Shown: positions 36,716 to 46,225, numbered from the stretch's first letter. The stretch is 64,000 nt of DNA from Candidatus Avigastranaerophilus sp. (GCA_045599645.1 JAZRWI010000080.1:15735-79734), one strand, 5' to 3'. Notes: generated by a model from the letters alone, not told the origin. A program made the numbers and translations.

Positions 36716-36892
36716 GATTTACCCCCTGGAATGTGATTTAGATACAGTTCACACTACTTATCGGCAAGACTGAATATTCCCTTAATGCTTTTTTTATATC
36801 TCAGAAAAATAGCAACTTTATAACTTGCCCAAAAGAAGATATCCCAAAACTAGAAATCTATAAAAATCCCGATGTACAGTAGATTCCTAAAA

Positions 36893-37067
36893 CCTCCCTT
36901 TTTAAGGGAGGGTAGGGAGGGTTTTGATTTTAGAAAGAACTTGTTTTGAATGCATAAAATCGAGTTTTCAGACAGCCTCTTTAAGGGAGGGTAGGGAGGG
37001 TTTTGATTTTAGAAAGAACTTGTTTTGAATGCATAAAATAGAGTATTCAGACAGCCTCCAAAGAGGC
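36893..37067. repeat. Two tandem ~80-bp direct repeats, each with a perfect hairpin (CCTCCCTT-TTT-AAGGGAGG in copy 1) followed by a G-quadruplex motif GGGAGGGTAGGGAGGG and ...GGTTTTGATTTTAGAAAGAACTT...; a GCCTC-CAAA-GAGGC hairpin at the 3' edge
   Basis: Read directly. Copy 1 is 36893-36975 and copy 2 is 36976-37054 (~95% identical). G4 motifs at 36906-36921 and 36985-37000. Confidence 0.85.
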
Positions 37068-37117
37068 TTAAGCCACTTATAATGTAGGTTTACTAAAATT
37101 TACATTTAAAATATTGC

Positions 37118-37720
37118 ATGCATAATTTGCATAGAGTAAAATCCCGCATCATGCAAAATTTGTATCAGAAAATACAGAAGATAGAAAGTCTTCAAGCCGC
37201 TGCTGACCGCGCAACAGCAGCTTTCAAAAAACGTTACAACGTTGATTGTTTACAACACTGCGCAGAATGTTGCAAATACAATGATATCAATGCCTCACCC
37301 TTGGAATTCCTTCCAATGGCATGGCATCTTTATAAAACAGGACAATTAGAGGATTTCTTCGAGAAAATATCAAAAACTGATTCCAAACAATGTATTTTTT
37401 CTGTTTTTAAAGACGATAGATGGGGTTGCACCTGCTATCCTAGCCGTGGCATGATATGCAGATTGTTTGGTTTTGCCTGCACCAAGAACAAGCTTGGGAA
37501 ACCAGCATTCGCAGCCTGTCACACTCTCAAGCACAGCTTCCCAGATAAAATAAATGCTATTTGCCAAAAAGTAACTATCAGCAAAAGAGTACCAGTTATA
37601 GCTGATTTTTATCAAAAGCTTTCCATGCTTGATCTAAGCTTAGGTGAAGAACTCATACCCATCAACCAAGCCATAAAAGAAGCTTGTGAAATCGTCTATA
37701 TGCACACCGCTTATAAATAA
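37118..37720 (+). CDS. YkgJ/UPF0153-family putative Fe/Zn-binding protein (CxxCxxCC)
   Basis: CLQHCAECCKYND motif plus a second Cys cluster (CTCYPSRGMICRLFGFAC). The start may be the internal ATG (MQNLYQ). Confidence 0.5.
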   Translation: MHNLHRVKSRIMQNLYQKIQKIESLQAAADRATAAFKKRYNVDCLQHCAECCKYNDINASPLEFLPMAWHLYKTGQLEDFFEKISKTDSKQCIFSVFKDDRWGCTCYPSRGMICRLFGFACTKNKLGKPAFAACHTLKHSFPDKINAICQKVTISKRVPVIADFYQKLSMLDLSLGEELIPINQAIKEACEIVYMHTAYK

Positions 37721-37733
37721 AGCGAGTCCACAG

Positions 37734-38483
37734 TCATGAATTAATATCAATGCCTGTTCTGAGGCCGACGAAGCTGTCCATCTGGCTGAGAGCCATGGCA
37801 ATGCCTGGCATAAAGCAATCTCTGTTGATTGTATCGTGTCTTATAGTGAGAGTCTGGCCCAAGTCACCGAAAATTACTTCCTGATGAGCAACCAAACCAG
37901 GTAATCTTACTGAGTGCATAGGAATTACATCGGGATTATTTTCTTCATCAAGCTTTCCAATGGCTTCAAGCATGCCTTTTCTAGTCTTGATTGCAGTTCC
38001 AGAAGGCTTATCAACCTTCTGGTCATGATGTAGTTCAATAATTTCAGCTTTCTTCATAAACTTAGCTGCTATCTTGGCAAAATTCATCATTAAAATAGCG
38101 CCAATGGCAAAGTTTGGAACAATCATAATAGCTGTTTTATTCTTCCGGGCTAATTCATCTAGCATTTTCATATTTTCAGAAGAAATGCCGGTAGTTCCAA
38201 TAAGAATAGGAGTCTTGGAATTAAGGCAGGTTATGGCATTTCCAACAACTGCAGAAGGAGCTGTAAAATCGATTACAACGTCTACCTTTGCGCTTGCAAG
38301 TCCTTCCTGCATTGTTCCGCAGACAATAATATCGCTATCGATGCCTGCAACCTTGTTCAAAGGAGCATCGCAGTGCTTTGGATCAACACCTGCTACCAAT
38401 TTATAATCAGGAAGATTGCTAATATAATTGCAGACAGTCTTCCCCATCTTTCCGCCACAACCAGAAACTAATACGTTCTTCAT
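37734..38483 (-). CDS. dapB: 4-hydroxy-tetrahydrodipicolinate reductase
   Basis: N-terminal Rossmann VLVSGCGGKMGK and a DapB-like C-terminal domain (HHDQKVDKPSGTA; E-L/I-H-H..K-D-APSGTA). Stop overlaps the dut start. Confidence 0.85.
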   Translation of the reverse strand: MKNVLVSGCGGKMGKTVCNYISNLPDYKLVAGVDPKHCDAPLNKVAGIDSDIIVCGTMQEGLASAKVDVVIDFTAPSAVVGNAITCLNSKTPILIGTTGISSENMKMLDELARKNKTAIMIVPNFAIGAILMMNFAKIAAKFMKKAEIIELHHDQKVDKPSGTAIKTRKGMLEAIGKLDEENNPDVIPMHSVRLPGLVAHQEVIFGDLGQTLTIRHDTINRDCFMPGIAMALSQMDSFVGLRTGIDINS

Positions 38484-38911
38484 TATTTAACTCCTGTTGA
38501 ACCGAAACCGCCAGCTCCTCTGGCTGTATCGTCTAATACTTCAACCTGTTCAAAAGCCACCTGAGTTACATGAGCAAACACCATCTGTGCAATACGCATA
38601 CCTGGTTCAATAACAAAATCATTCTTACCGTGATTAATTAAAATCACACAGATTTCGCCGCGATAATCACTATCAATAGTGCCTGGAGCATTAAGAACTG
38701 TCACCCCATGCTTTGCAGCAAGACCGGAACGAGGTCTGATCTGTGCTTCCAAACCCATAGGCATGGCTATCCTGATTCCGGTCGGAACCTTTTCAAACTC
38801 ACCTGCTTTAATAGTAACAGCCTGTGATGCGCACAAATCATAGCCTGCAGAACCTGCAGTTGCCATTTCTGGCATCTTAGAGTCAGTAATCTGAATAAAA
38901 ACCTTTTCCAA
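38483..38911 (-). CDS. dut: dUTP diphosphatase
   Basis: dUTPase motifs [24 protein letters not shown]. Apparent TTG start with an AAGGAG RBS located inside the first repeat unit. Confidence 0.85.
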   Translation of the reverse strand: MEKVFIQITDSKMPEMATAGSAGYDLCASQAVTIKAGEFEKVPTGIRIAMPMGLEAQIRPRSGLAAKHGVTVLNAPGTIDSDYRGEICVILINHGKNDFVIEPGMRIAQMVFAHVTQVAFEQVEVLDDTARGAGGFGSTGVK

Positions 38912-38920
38912 TGTTTTCTC

Positions 38921-39244
38921 CTTTATAGCGGGTAGGATAAATCCCCCCTGCCCCCTTTAACAAAGGGGGTTTTAGAAAGTTTCTACTTTATAGCGGGTAG
39001 GATAAATCCCCCCTGCCCCCCTTTAACAAAGGGGGTTTTAGAAAGTTTCTCCTTTATAGCGGGTAGGATAAATCCCCCCTGCCCCCCTTTAACAAAGGGG
39101 GTTTTAGAAAGTTTCTACTTTATAGCGGGTAGGATAAATCCCCCCTCCCCCCCTTTAACAAAGGGGGTTTTAGAAAGTTCCTACTTTATAGCGGGTAGGA
39201 TAAATCCCCCCTGCCCCCCTTTAACAAAGGGGGTTTTAGAAAGT
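38921..39244. repeat. Five tandem 65-66-bp direct repeats (CTTTATAGCGGGTAGGATAAATCCCCCCTGCCCCC(C)TTTAACAAAGGGGGTTTTAGAAAGTTTCTMC), each with a perfect hairpin CCCCCTTT-AAC-AAAGGGGG followed by TTTT
   Basis: Read directly. Units begin at 38921, 38986, 39052, 39118 and 39184, with no spacers, so this is not CRISPR. It shares a GG(G)TTTTAGAAAG core and C-run/hairpin/G-run architecture with the 36.9-kb repeat. Confidence 0.9.
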
Positions 39245-39290
39245 GATTAATTTCTATTAGACAAAGATTATATCATTTTATAATAAAATA

Positions 39291-39330
39291 AGGCACCCTT
39301 CTTTTAGAGAAAGGTGCCTTAGCGTTTTTT
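39291..39330. terminator. Hairpin (GGCACCCTT...AAAGGTGCC) with flanking T/A runs downstream of the aminotransferase gene
   Basis: Imperfect ~9-bp stem with TTTTTT on the plus side and a U-rich tract on the minus side. Confidence 0.45.
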
Positions 39331-39343
39331 GCTGCCCTAGATT

Positions 39344-40561
39344 TTATGCTGCCATATCAAGAGTTTCAAACAGCTGATACTCTCTGATAGCTTCACCAAG
39401 CACTTCCATGGCTCTCGCTATCTTTGCAGAATCAATGGTATAGCTTAAGCGGATTTCGTTTGTTCCAAGGCCTGGCGTTGCATAAAAGCCCTGGGCTGGT
39501 GCTACTAGAACAGTGTCACCATCATAATCAAAATCAGTAAGCATCCATTTTGCAAATTCTTCGGCATTCTTTATCGGAAGCTTTACAATGCAATAGAAAG
39601 CTCCGCCTGGTGTTTCGCATACAACTCCTGGAATCTTAGAAAGGCCTTCCATCAAAACATTTCTGCGGTGTTCGTATTCTTCAAGTATAGGCTGGAAATA
39701 AGATGGATCCATCATTACACCAGCTACTGCAGCCTTCTGTTCCAATGTTGGGGAACAAAGTCGGCACTGAGCAAACTTGATACAAGCTTCCATAACCTTC
39801 TTGTTCCAGCTTCCAATCATACCAATACGGGCGCCACAGGCAGAATAACGCTTTGAAATACTGTCAATTACGATAGCGTTGCTGCGTGCTTCGCGAACCT
39901 GCATTATTGAAGTATACTGATGACCGTCATAAATAAATTCCCTATAAACTTCATCAGAGAGGATATACAGATTATGAACCTTGGCAATCAATGCAAGACG
40001 GCGAAGTTCATCCTTTGTATAAACTGTTCCGGTAGGATTATTAGGATTGCAGATGAGAATACCTTTTGTTCGTGGTGTGATAGCTTCTTCAATTACTTCA
40101 TTTGAGGGAAGGTGAAAACCATTTTCCGGATATGTTCTGACAGCTTTGAGGTTAATTCCTGCTTCGGTGGCAATACCATTATAGTTTGTGTAGAATGGTT
40201 CAAAAACCAGTAATTCATCGCCAATATCGCAGGTTGCTAAGAATGCAAAATAAACAGCCTCTGTGCCTGATGTAGTTACAACAATATCCTCCGGCTTAAG
40301 ATTTATATTCATTCTGTTGTAATACATTGAAAAGGCTTCCAATAAGGAATCTTCACCCTGAGACGGGCTATAAGCCAAAATCTTCTTATCGAAGTTCTTT
40401 ATTTCTTCCATAATCGGAGCTGGTGTTGGAATATCTGGCTGTCCGATGTTCAGTGGTATTACATTAATCCCCTGTTCCTCTGCTTTATTTGCAAGAGGAA
40501 TTAGCTTACGGATAGGAGAGGCCTGCATTTGCCTTGCTCTGTTAGATACGTTCTGCATCAT
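39344..40561 (-). CDS. Pyridoxal-phosphate-dependent aminotransferase, class I (aspartate/aromatic aminotransferase-like)
   Basis: 405 aa, fold-type I pattern, with the PLP-binding Lys in SISKRYSACGARIG (SxSK motif). Confidence 0.8.
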   Translation of the reverse strand: MMQNVSNRARQMQASPIRKLIPLANKAEEQGINVIPLNIGQPDIPTPAPIMEEIKNFDKKILAYSPSQGEDSLLEAFSMYYNRMNINLKPEDIVVTTSGTEAVYFAFLATCDIGDELLVFEPFYTNYNGIATEAGINLKAVRTYPENGFHLPSNEVIEEAITPRTKGILICNPNNPTGTVYTKDELRRLALIAKVHNLYILSDEVYREFIYDGHQYTSIMQVREARSNAIVIDSISKRYSACGARIGMIGSWNKKVMEACIKFAQCRLCSPTLEQKAAVAGVMMDPSYFQPILEEYEHRRNVLMEGLSKIPGVVCETPGGAFYCIVKLPIKNAEEFAKWMLTDFDYDGDTVLVAPAQGFYATPGLGTNEIRLSYTIDSAKIARAMEVLGEAIREYQLFETLDMAA

Positions 40562-40691
40562 TAACTGTCCTTTTTTAATCCGTTTCCTTGTTTTTTATTT
40601 ATACTATTTGTGCTTTTCACACCTATCATCGTACTGTTTCGGCATTTCTTTGCATTTTGCTTAGTTAGTAGTAAAATATGCTTAAAAGCTT

Positions 40692-41471
40692 TTGCATTTT
40701 GGGGGAATCATGGCAAAACTACTGTATTTAAAACAACTAAACACTGTTCAGGTCGAAGAGCTTCTTCAAAAGGAAGCACCACTATTTATTCCTGTAGGCA
40801 CACTTGAACCGCATGGTCGGCATCTTCCTGTAGGAACAGACACATACTGCGCTGAAAAAGTTGCGGAAAAACTCAGTGAAGCCTTTGACGGAGTAATTGC
40901 CCCATCAGTCGAATATGGCCTTACCAACGTATTTGCCCAGACCTCCCCGTCAAGCTTTTTCCCTGTTGATTTATATCAGGCCTTTATGGAACAGATCGTA
41001 AGAACCTTTTATAAGCAAGGTTTTAAAAAAATAATTATAATCAACGGACATGGCGGTAATAAAGATGCTCTGAAGCCATTACTCCGTAAAATAACAAGAG
41101 AAGCTCCTATAGCTTTATCAATCATCAACTGGTGGATGTTTGCAGAAGAATTTGTTGAACCTATTTATCAGACTCAGCCAGGCGGACATGCTGCAGTAGA
41201 AGAAACAGCAGCAATATTATATGCTCACCCAGAGCTTGTAACCAAAGCGAATTACAAACCAAGCATCGATGACTGTGTTCCTAATGATGCACTCTGGCTT
41301 TACCCACCAGTAGGAGAAGTCCTGCTTAATGAACCAAACAAGGGTCAGCCATGCTTTGACAAAGACAAAGCAGACAAATTCATGGAAACAGTTATTTCTA
41401 ATCTTGAAAGCCGCTTAAACAAGTGGTTCAAATCATTCAAAAGACTTCAGGGAGGCTTAAGACCAGAATAA
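40692..41471 (+). CDS. Creatininase-family amidohydrolase
   Basis: LFIPVGTLEPHGRHLPVGTDT and IINGHGGN motifs of the creatinine amidohydrolase family. The start may be the ATG at 40710. Confidence 0.7.
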   Translation: MHFGGIMAKLLYLKQLNTVQVEELLQKEAPLFIPVGTLEPHGRHLPVGTDTYCAEKVAEKLSEAFDGVIAPSVEYGLTNVFAQTSPSSFFPVDLYQAFMEQIVRTFYKQGFKKIIIINGHGGNKDALKPLLRKITREAPIALSIINWWMFAEEFVEPIYQTQPGGHAAVEETAAILYAHPELVTKANYKPSIDDCVPNDALWLYPPVGEVLLNEPNKGQPCFDKDKADKFMETVISNLESRLNKWFKSFKRLQGGLRPE

Positions 41472-41770
41472 TGCCGGAAGCAATAGTAAATACCGCTACC
41501 ACAACAGTTGTAGCTTCAACTACATCAGTAGCCTCTGCTACTAAGCAAATTCCAGAAGTCTCACCATGGGTCAGCTATGGCGTAGACATAGTTTTGGTTA
41601 TAGTATTCCTATACATACTATTGTTCACAAAAGCAGAAAAGACCAACGGTGAAGAATTAACACCAGAAGAAATGCCTAATGAACTGGAACAGGTTATACG
41701 CACTGATCCGGAAGATTCTGAAACCGAAGCAACAGAAGCCGAAACAGTTGAAAAAAAAGAAAAAGACTGA
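41471..41770 (+). CDS. Small single-TM membrane protein with acidic C-terminal tail
   Basis: Start ATG overlaps the upstream TAA by 1 nt. Thr-rich N-terminus, one TM helix, acidic tail. The ORF track extended it to 41423. Confidence 0.35.
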   Translation: MPEAIVNTATTTVVASTTSVASATKQIPEVSPWVSYGVDIVLVIVFLYILLFTKAEKTNGEELTPEEMPNELEQVIRTDPEDSETEATEAETVEKKEKD

Positions 41771-41800
41771 TTTGCAGAAAACAGTATTGAACGCATTACT

Positions 41801-41837
41801 GGAATAGATTTTATAAATCTATTCCAATGCTTTTTTT
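41801..41837 (+). terminator. Rho-independent terminator: 11-bp perfect stem GGAATAGATTT-TAT-AAATCTATTCC followed by TTTTTTT
   Basis: Read directly. It overlaps the 3' end of the convergent aat gene. Confidence 0.6.
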
Positions 41838-42457
41838 AGCATTTCAAGATATTCATCACGGGCAATCTCTTTTGCGCCAAGATATCTTGTATGGTCGTTA
41901 ATAACCTGAGAATCAAAGAGTGTAAAACCATTCTCATTTAAAAATGTCATCAGATACTTTAAAGCAAAGGTTGAAGCATTAGTTTCTGTATGAAACATGG
42001 ATTCCCCTGCAAAAAGCTTTTTTAAAGCGACTCCATAAACTCCACCAACAAGCTTTCCATCAAGCCAGGCCTCACAGCTATGGGCAAGATTGAGCCTATG
42101 CAATTCACAGTAAGCCTCAATAAAATTTTCATCTATCCAAGAGTCATCGCTGCCATGTCGAACAGCCTTTGAACAACCTGTTATTACGCCTCTGAAATCA
42201 GTATCGAAAGAGAATTTCATTTTTGTATTTTTATAGGCACGTTCCATACGGGAAGACAGCTTAAATTCTGCAGGAATAAAGATTGCCCTAGGATCAGGTG
42301 ACCACCAGCTTACTACCGGATCAGAAGTCCATGGGAAAATACCATGGGTATATGCAGCAACAAGCATATCCGGTTTTAAATCACCGCCAACAGCTACTAA
42401 TCCTTCATCGTCAGCCAGTCTTGGGTCTGGAAAGGTTATATTACGAAAAGTATTCAT
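41819..42457 (-). CDS. aat: Leucyl/phenylalanyl-tRNA--protein transferase
   Basis: 212 aa matching Aat end to end (AYTHGIFPW, WWSPDPR, GESMFH). Confidence 0.85.
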   Translation of the reverse strand: MNTFRNITFPDPRLADDEGLVAVGGDLKPDMLVAAYTHGIFPWTSDPVVSWWSPDPRAIFIPAEFKLSSRMERAYKNTKMKFSFDTDFRGVITGCSKAVRHGSDDSWIDENFIEAYCELHRLNLAHSCEAWLDGKLVGGVYGVALKKLFAGESMFHTETNASTFALKYLMTFLNENGFTLFDSQVINDHTRYLGAKEIARDEYLEMLKKALE

Positions 42458-42927
42458 TAGCTCATTTTAACTTTGGTTAATCTTATAATTTCTTCTTTTA
42501 AGCGTGAGACAGCTTCATTAACTTCATCAATACCAAGAACAGCTTTATCCATAGGACAAATGTCTGTATTTGTTCTGTTTCTGATTTCATCTGCTAGAGT
42601 TCCATAGGCAGCTTCAACAGAATGCTCAGTAAGAAGCTTAACAGCGCCTTTACTCATCGTTTCGCCATAAACAGCTTTTATACCAAAAGAAATAGCAATG
42701 AATGACGCGGCTCTGCCAATGATTTTGTCTGCCAGCACAGCCTCTTTTGCTGTTTCTATATTAGCATTGCAAACTTCCATCAGGGGTTTTATTCCCCTAC
42801 CCTTAGCAGTAGCAAATATTTGTCCATTAGCTATGAGCGCACAAGCAATCTCGTTCTGACCAATCAGAGCAATAGCATCATTAAGGGCTTCAGAATCATA
42901 TTGTTTATTTGTAAATATTTCATTCAT
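42457..42927 (-). CDS. Hypothetical protein, possibly DUF1893 (TM1506-like)
   Basis: 156 aa. Stop overlaps the aat start (ATGA), so it is co-transcribed. Family assignment is from memory only. Confidence 0.35.
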   Translation of the reverse strand: MNEIFTNKQYDSEALNDAIALIGQNEIACALIANGQIFATAKGRGIKPLMEVCNANIETAKEAVLADKIIGRAASFIAISFGIKAVYGETMSKGAVKLLTEHSVEAAYGTLADEIRNRTNTDICPMDKAVLGIDEVNEAVSRLKEEIIRLTKVKMS

Positions 42928-43069
42928 AATTATATTTGTATCTCAATATTTCTTATCAAGCAAGTATAAGTTATCACATCACATTTCTATCCTATATTAT
43001 CACTTGCATTTTTAGTTAAATACTGCTTAAATAGGGCCATACAAAATTTATTTTAGAAGGGGTTAAAAC

Positions 43070-45025
43070 ATGTCTAACCAAACAACATACGAATTTAAAA
43101 CCGAAGCCAAACAACTTCTAAACCTGATGATAAATTCAGTATATTCCCAGAAGGAAATATTCCTGAGAGAATTGATTTCAAACGCCTCTGATGCTCTCGA
43201 CAAATTGAGATTCGCATCTTTGACCGACGAAAATCTTCGTAAGCTCACAGACGACCTTTACATCAGATTAACACCTGATAAAGAAAAGAATACTCTTACC
43301 ATCTACGATAATGGTATCGGTATGAATCACGATGACCTTGTTAACTACATTGGTACAATCGCCAAATCAGGAACCAGCGAATTTGCTGAAATGCTCAAGA
43401 AAGCAAATGAAGCAAAAGAAAGCTCTCCAGAACTGATTGGTCAGTTCGGTGTTGGTTTCTATTCAAGCTATATGGTAGCAGATGAAGTAGAAATCATTTC
43501 CCGCAAGGCTGGTGAAGAACAGGCATGGAAATGGACCTCAAAGGGTGAAGGCAGTTATACTCTTGAAGAAGCTACCCGCAGCTCTCAGGGCACTAGCATT
43601 ATTCTCCATCTCAAACCAATTGATAAAGAAGATTCTGAAGCTCAGGACTTCACAGAAGAATGGACTCTCAAATCAATCGTTAAGAAATATTCTGACTTTG
43701 TTGCTTATCCTGTAAAGATGCAGGTTTCTCACACCCATATCGAACGTGACGAAAACGGCAAGCCCAAAGAAGGCGCTAAGGAAGAAACTGTTGTTGAAGA
43801 CCAGACCCTCAACTCAATGAAGGCAATCTGGCTGCGCCCAGAAAAAGAAGTTAAGGAAGAAGAATACAAAGACTTCTACAAGCACCTCAGCCATGATTGG
43901 AACGACCCATTGAAGTGGATTTCCTTCAAAGCTGAAGGCACAACCAATGAATTCAATTCATTGCTTTTCATTCCTTCTAAACCAGGCTTCGACCTGTTCA
44001 TGCCAGATTCAAAGCATGGTATCAGCCTTTATGTAAAACGCGTATTCATCATGAATGACTGCGAAGAACTCATTCCTGAATATCTGCGCTTTGTAAAGGG
44101 TGTTGTTGATTCTGAAGATCTTTCACTCAACATCAGCCGCGAAATTTTGCAGCATGACAGACAGATTCAGACTATCCGCAAGACTGTTACCAAGAAGACT
44201 CTTGATTGCCTCAAGAAGCTTTACAAAGACGACAGAGACAAATACATTGATTTCTGGAAGCAGTTTGGCGCTGTTATCAAAGAAGGTCTCTTCAAGGAAA
44301 CCGACAACAAAGACAGAATCTTTGATTGCTGTCTCTTCCAGAGCACTATTTCTCCAACAGACCATTACACTCTCTCTGAATACATTGAACGCATGAAACC
44401 AGAACAGGATGCAATCTACTACCTGACTGGCGAATCACGCGAAATCCTTGAAAACAGCCCACATCTTGAAGCCTTCAAGCAGAAAGGCTATGAAGTTCTC
44501 CTTCTTACAGACCCGGTTGACGAAGTTTGGGTTCAGTACACAAGCGAATACAAAGACAAGAAGTTCAAATCAGCAGCTGGTGCCGCTACAGAACTCGGCA
44601 ACGAAGAAGAACGCAAGAAGACAACTGAAACCCTGAAGAAGAAAGAAGAAGAATGGAAGTCACTTCTTGAACTCATTCAGAGCAAGCTTGATAAATATGT
44701 TAAGTCTGTTAAGCTTTCAGGCCGCCTGAGCACTTCAGCTGCCTGCATCGTTTGTGAACAGGGCGAACTCACTCCTCACCTTGAAGCTCTTCTTAAAGCC
44801 TCAGGCAAAGAAGTTCCAGCCAACAAACGCACATTGGAACTCAACCCAACTCATCCACTCATGAGCAAAATGTATGAAATGTTCACTGCAGACAAGAACA
44901 ACCCCAAGCTTGGCGATTACGCTGAACTCCTTTATGGTCAGGCTCTTCTTGCTGAAGGCGGTCAGATCCCTGATCCAGCCAGTTTCAACACAAAAGTTGC
45001 TGAATTGATGGTTGGTGCTCTCTAA
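43070..45025 (+). CDS. htpG: Molecular chaperone HtpG (Hsp90)
   Basis: GHKL ATPase motifs (ELISNASDALDK, GQFGVGFYS), middle and C-terminal Hsp90 domains; 651 aa. Confidence 0.95.
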   Translation: MSNQTTYEFKTEAKQLLNLMINSVYSQKEIFLRELISNASDALDKLRFASLTDENLRKLTDDLYIRLTPDKEKNTLTIYDNGIGMNHDDLVNYIGTIAKSGTSEFAEMLKKANEAKESSPELIGQFGVGFYSSYMVADEVEIISRKAGEEQAWKWTSKGEGSYTLEEATRSSQGTSIILHLKPIDKEDSEAQDFTEEWTLKSIVKKYSDFVAYPVKMQVSHTHIERDENGKPKEGAKEETVVEDQTLNSMKAIWLRPEKEVKEEEYKDFYKHLSHDWNDPLKWISFKAEGTTNEFNSLLFIPSKPGFDLFMPDSKHGISLYVKRVFIMNDCEELIPEYLRFVKGVVDSEDLSLNISREILQHDRQIQTIRKTVTKKTLDCLKKLYKDDRDKYIDFWKQFGAVIKEGLFKETDNKDRIFDCCLFQSTISPTDHYTLSEYIERMKPEQDAIYYLTGESREILENSPHLEAFKQKGYEVLLLTDPVDEVWVQYTSEYKDKKFKSAAGAATELGNEEERKKTTETLKKKEEEWKSLLELIQSKLDKYVKSVKLSGRLSTSAACIVCEQGELTPHLEALLKASGKEVPANKRTLELNPTHPLMSKMYEMFTADKNNPKLGDYAELLYGQALLAEGGQIPDPASFNTKVAELMVGAL

Positions 45026-45027
45026 CA

Positions 45028-46122
45028 ATGACTGCTACCCAAAACGGAATCTGCAAAATCAAACTTATAGTCACACTCAAGGCAGAAATGCCAAAAAGCG
45101 ATTCCCTTTATATTTCGGGCAATCTTCTTGAATTAGGTGATTGGAATCCTGCCGGCAAAAAGTTGACTCAATCAGTTGACGGCACTTACTACATTGAATT
45201 CAATGCCCGAATGGGTAGCGTCGTTCAGTGCAAGTTTACGCGCGGAACATGGAAAAGTCAGGCTATCATTGACGAAAACGATGTTCCGCCGAACAATCTT
45301 GTAATAAAAGTAAACAAAAGCAAAGATGTCAAAGTAGAAATACTGCAGTTTATGGACCAGAGACCTATAGTTTCTGACCCGGTTCAAGGCAAATTAATTG
45401 CTTTTGACATCTTTGAATGCAAAAATCTCGAATATAAAAGACCTATCACAGTCTGGTTTCCAGATTCATATTCAGAAAAATCTGAACCGAACGCTGTAAT
45501 TTACATGCATGATGGGCAGAATCTTTTTGAACCCTCTGCCTCTTTTGCCGGCAACGACTGGAAGGTAGATGAAACACTTACTAAGCTATTAAAAGCCAAG
45601 CAGATTAAGAATTGCATCGTTGTTGGCATTCCAAATTCACCTGAAAGAATGAAGGAATTGAATCTTGAAAGCAAGCTTGGCAGAGCATATGCTGAGTTCG
45701 TCATAAATGAAGTAATGCCATTCATTAATGGCAAATTTAATACCAGCAAAAAGCCTGAAGATAACGTTATCGCAGGTTCATCAATGGGTGGTCTGATGTC
45801 TTTCCAGATGGCTATGGAATACCCGGAAGTGTTTGGTAAAGCAGCTTGTTTTTCTTCAGCATTCCCATATACCTTCAGCCAGATTATGGGTAAGGTTTCT
45901 AAGGCCAAGGATTTACCTTTTAATTCAAAAATTTATATCGATGCTGGCGATTTAGAAGACTCAATAACCACCAGCTACCACGAAATGTATGATCTTCTGA
46001 TAAAGAAGGGCTTTGTTGAAGGCAAGAATCTTATGGGTTACCTTGATAAAGATGCAATCCACACAGAAAGCGCCTGGGCCAACCGCTTCCACATCCCCAT
46101 GAAGTTCCTACTTGGAATATAA
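45028..46122 (+). CDS. Esterase-family alpha/beta hydrolase (enterochelin-esterase-like) with N-terminal Ig/CBM-like domain
   Basis: IYMHDGQN and serine nucleophile GSSMGG in the putative-esterase family. The N-terminal ~100 aa form a beta-sandwich. Confidence 0.65.
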   Translation: MTATQNGICKIKLIVTLKAEMPKSDSLYISGNLLELGDWNPAGKKLTQSVDGTYYIEFNARMGSVVQCKFTRGTWKSQAIIDENDVPPNNLVIKVNKSKDVKVEILQFMDQRPIVSDPVQGKLIAFDIFECKNLEYKRPITVWFPDSYSEKSEPNAVIYMHDGQNLFEPSASFAGNDWKVDETLTKLLKAKQIKNCIVVGIPNSPERMKELNLESKLGRAYAEFVINEVMPFINGKFNTSKKPEDNVIAGSSMGGLMSFQMAMEYPEVFGKAACFSSAFPYTFSQIMGKVSKAKDLPFNSKIYIDAGDLEDSITTSYHEMYDLLIKKGFVEGKNLMGYLDKDAIHTESAWANRFHIPMKFLLGI

Positions 46123-46160
46123 TTATACCAAGCTAGTATAACGTCTGTTCCAATATTTAA

Positions 46161-46181
46161 TTCATAATTCATAATTCATAA
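46161..46181. repeat. (TTCATAA)x3 microsatellite
   Basis: Read directly. Confidence 0.8.
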
Positions 46182-46225
46182 TGCATTAGGTTATAGCACT
46201 AACACCCGCCAAGCAGCACCAACCT

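Noticed and set aside
38921-39244. Possible CRISPR array (five regularly spaced ~65-bp repeats containing a palindrome)
   Set aside because: The units abut one another directly with no unique spacers, and the period equals the unit length. No cas genes are nearby. It is a tandem direct repeat, not CRISPR.
42928-43069. CIRCE/HrcA or sigma-32 heat-shock element upstream of htpG
   Set aside because: There is no TTAGCACTC-N9-GAGTGCTAA-like inverted repeat and no recognisable sigma-32 -35/-10 sequence.
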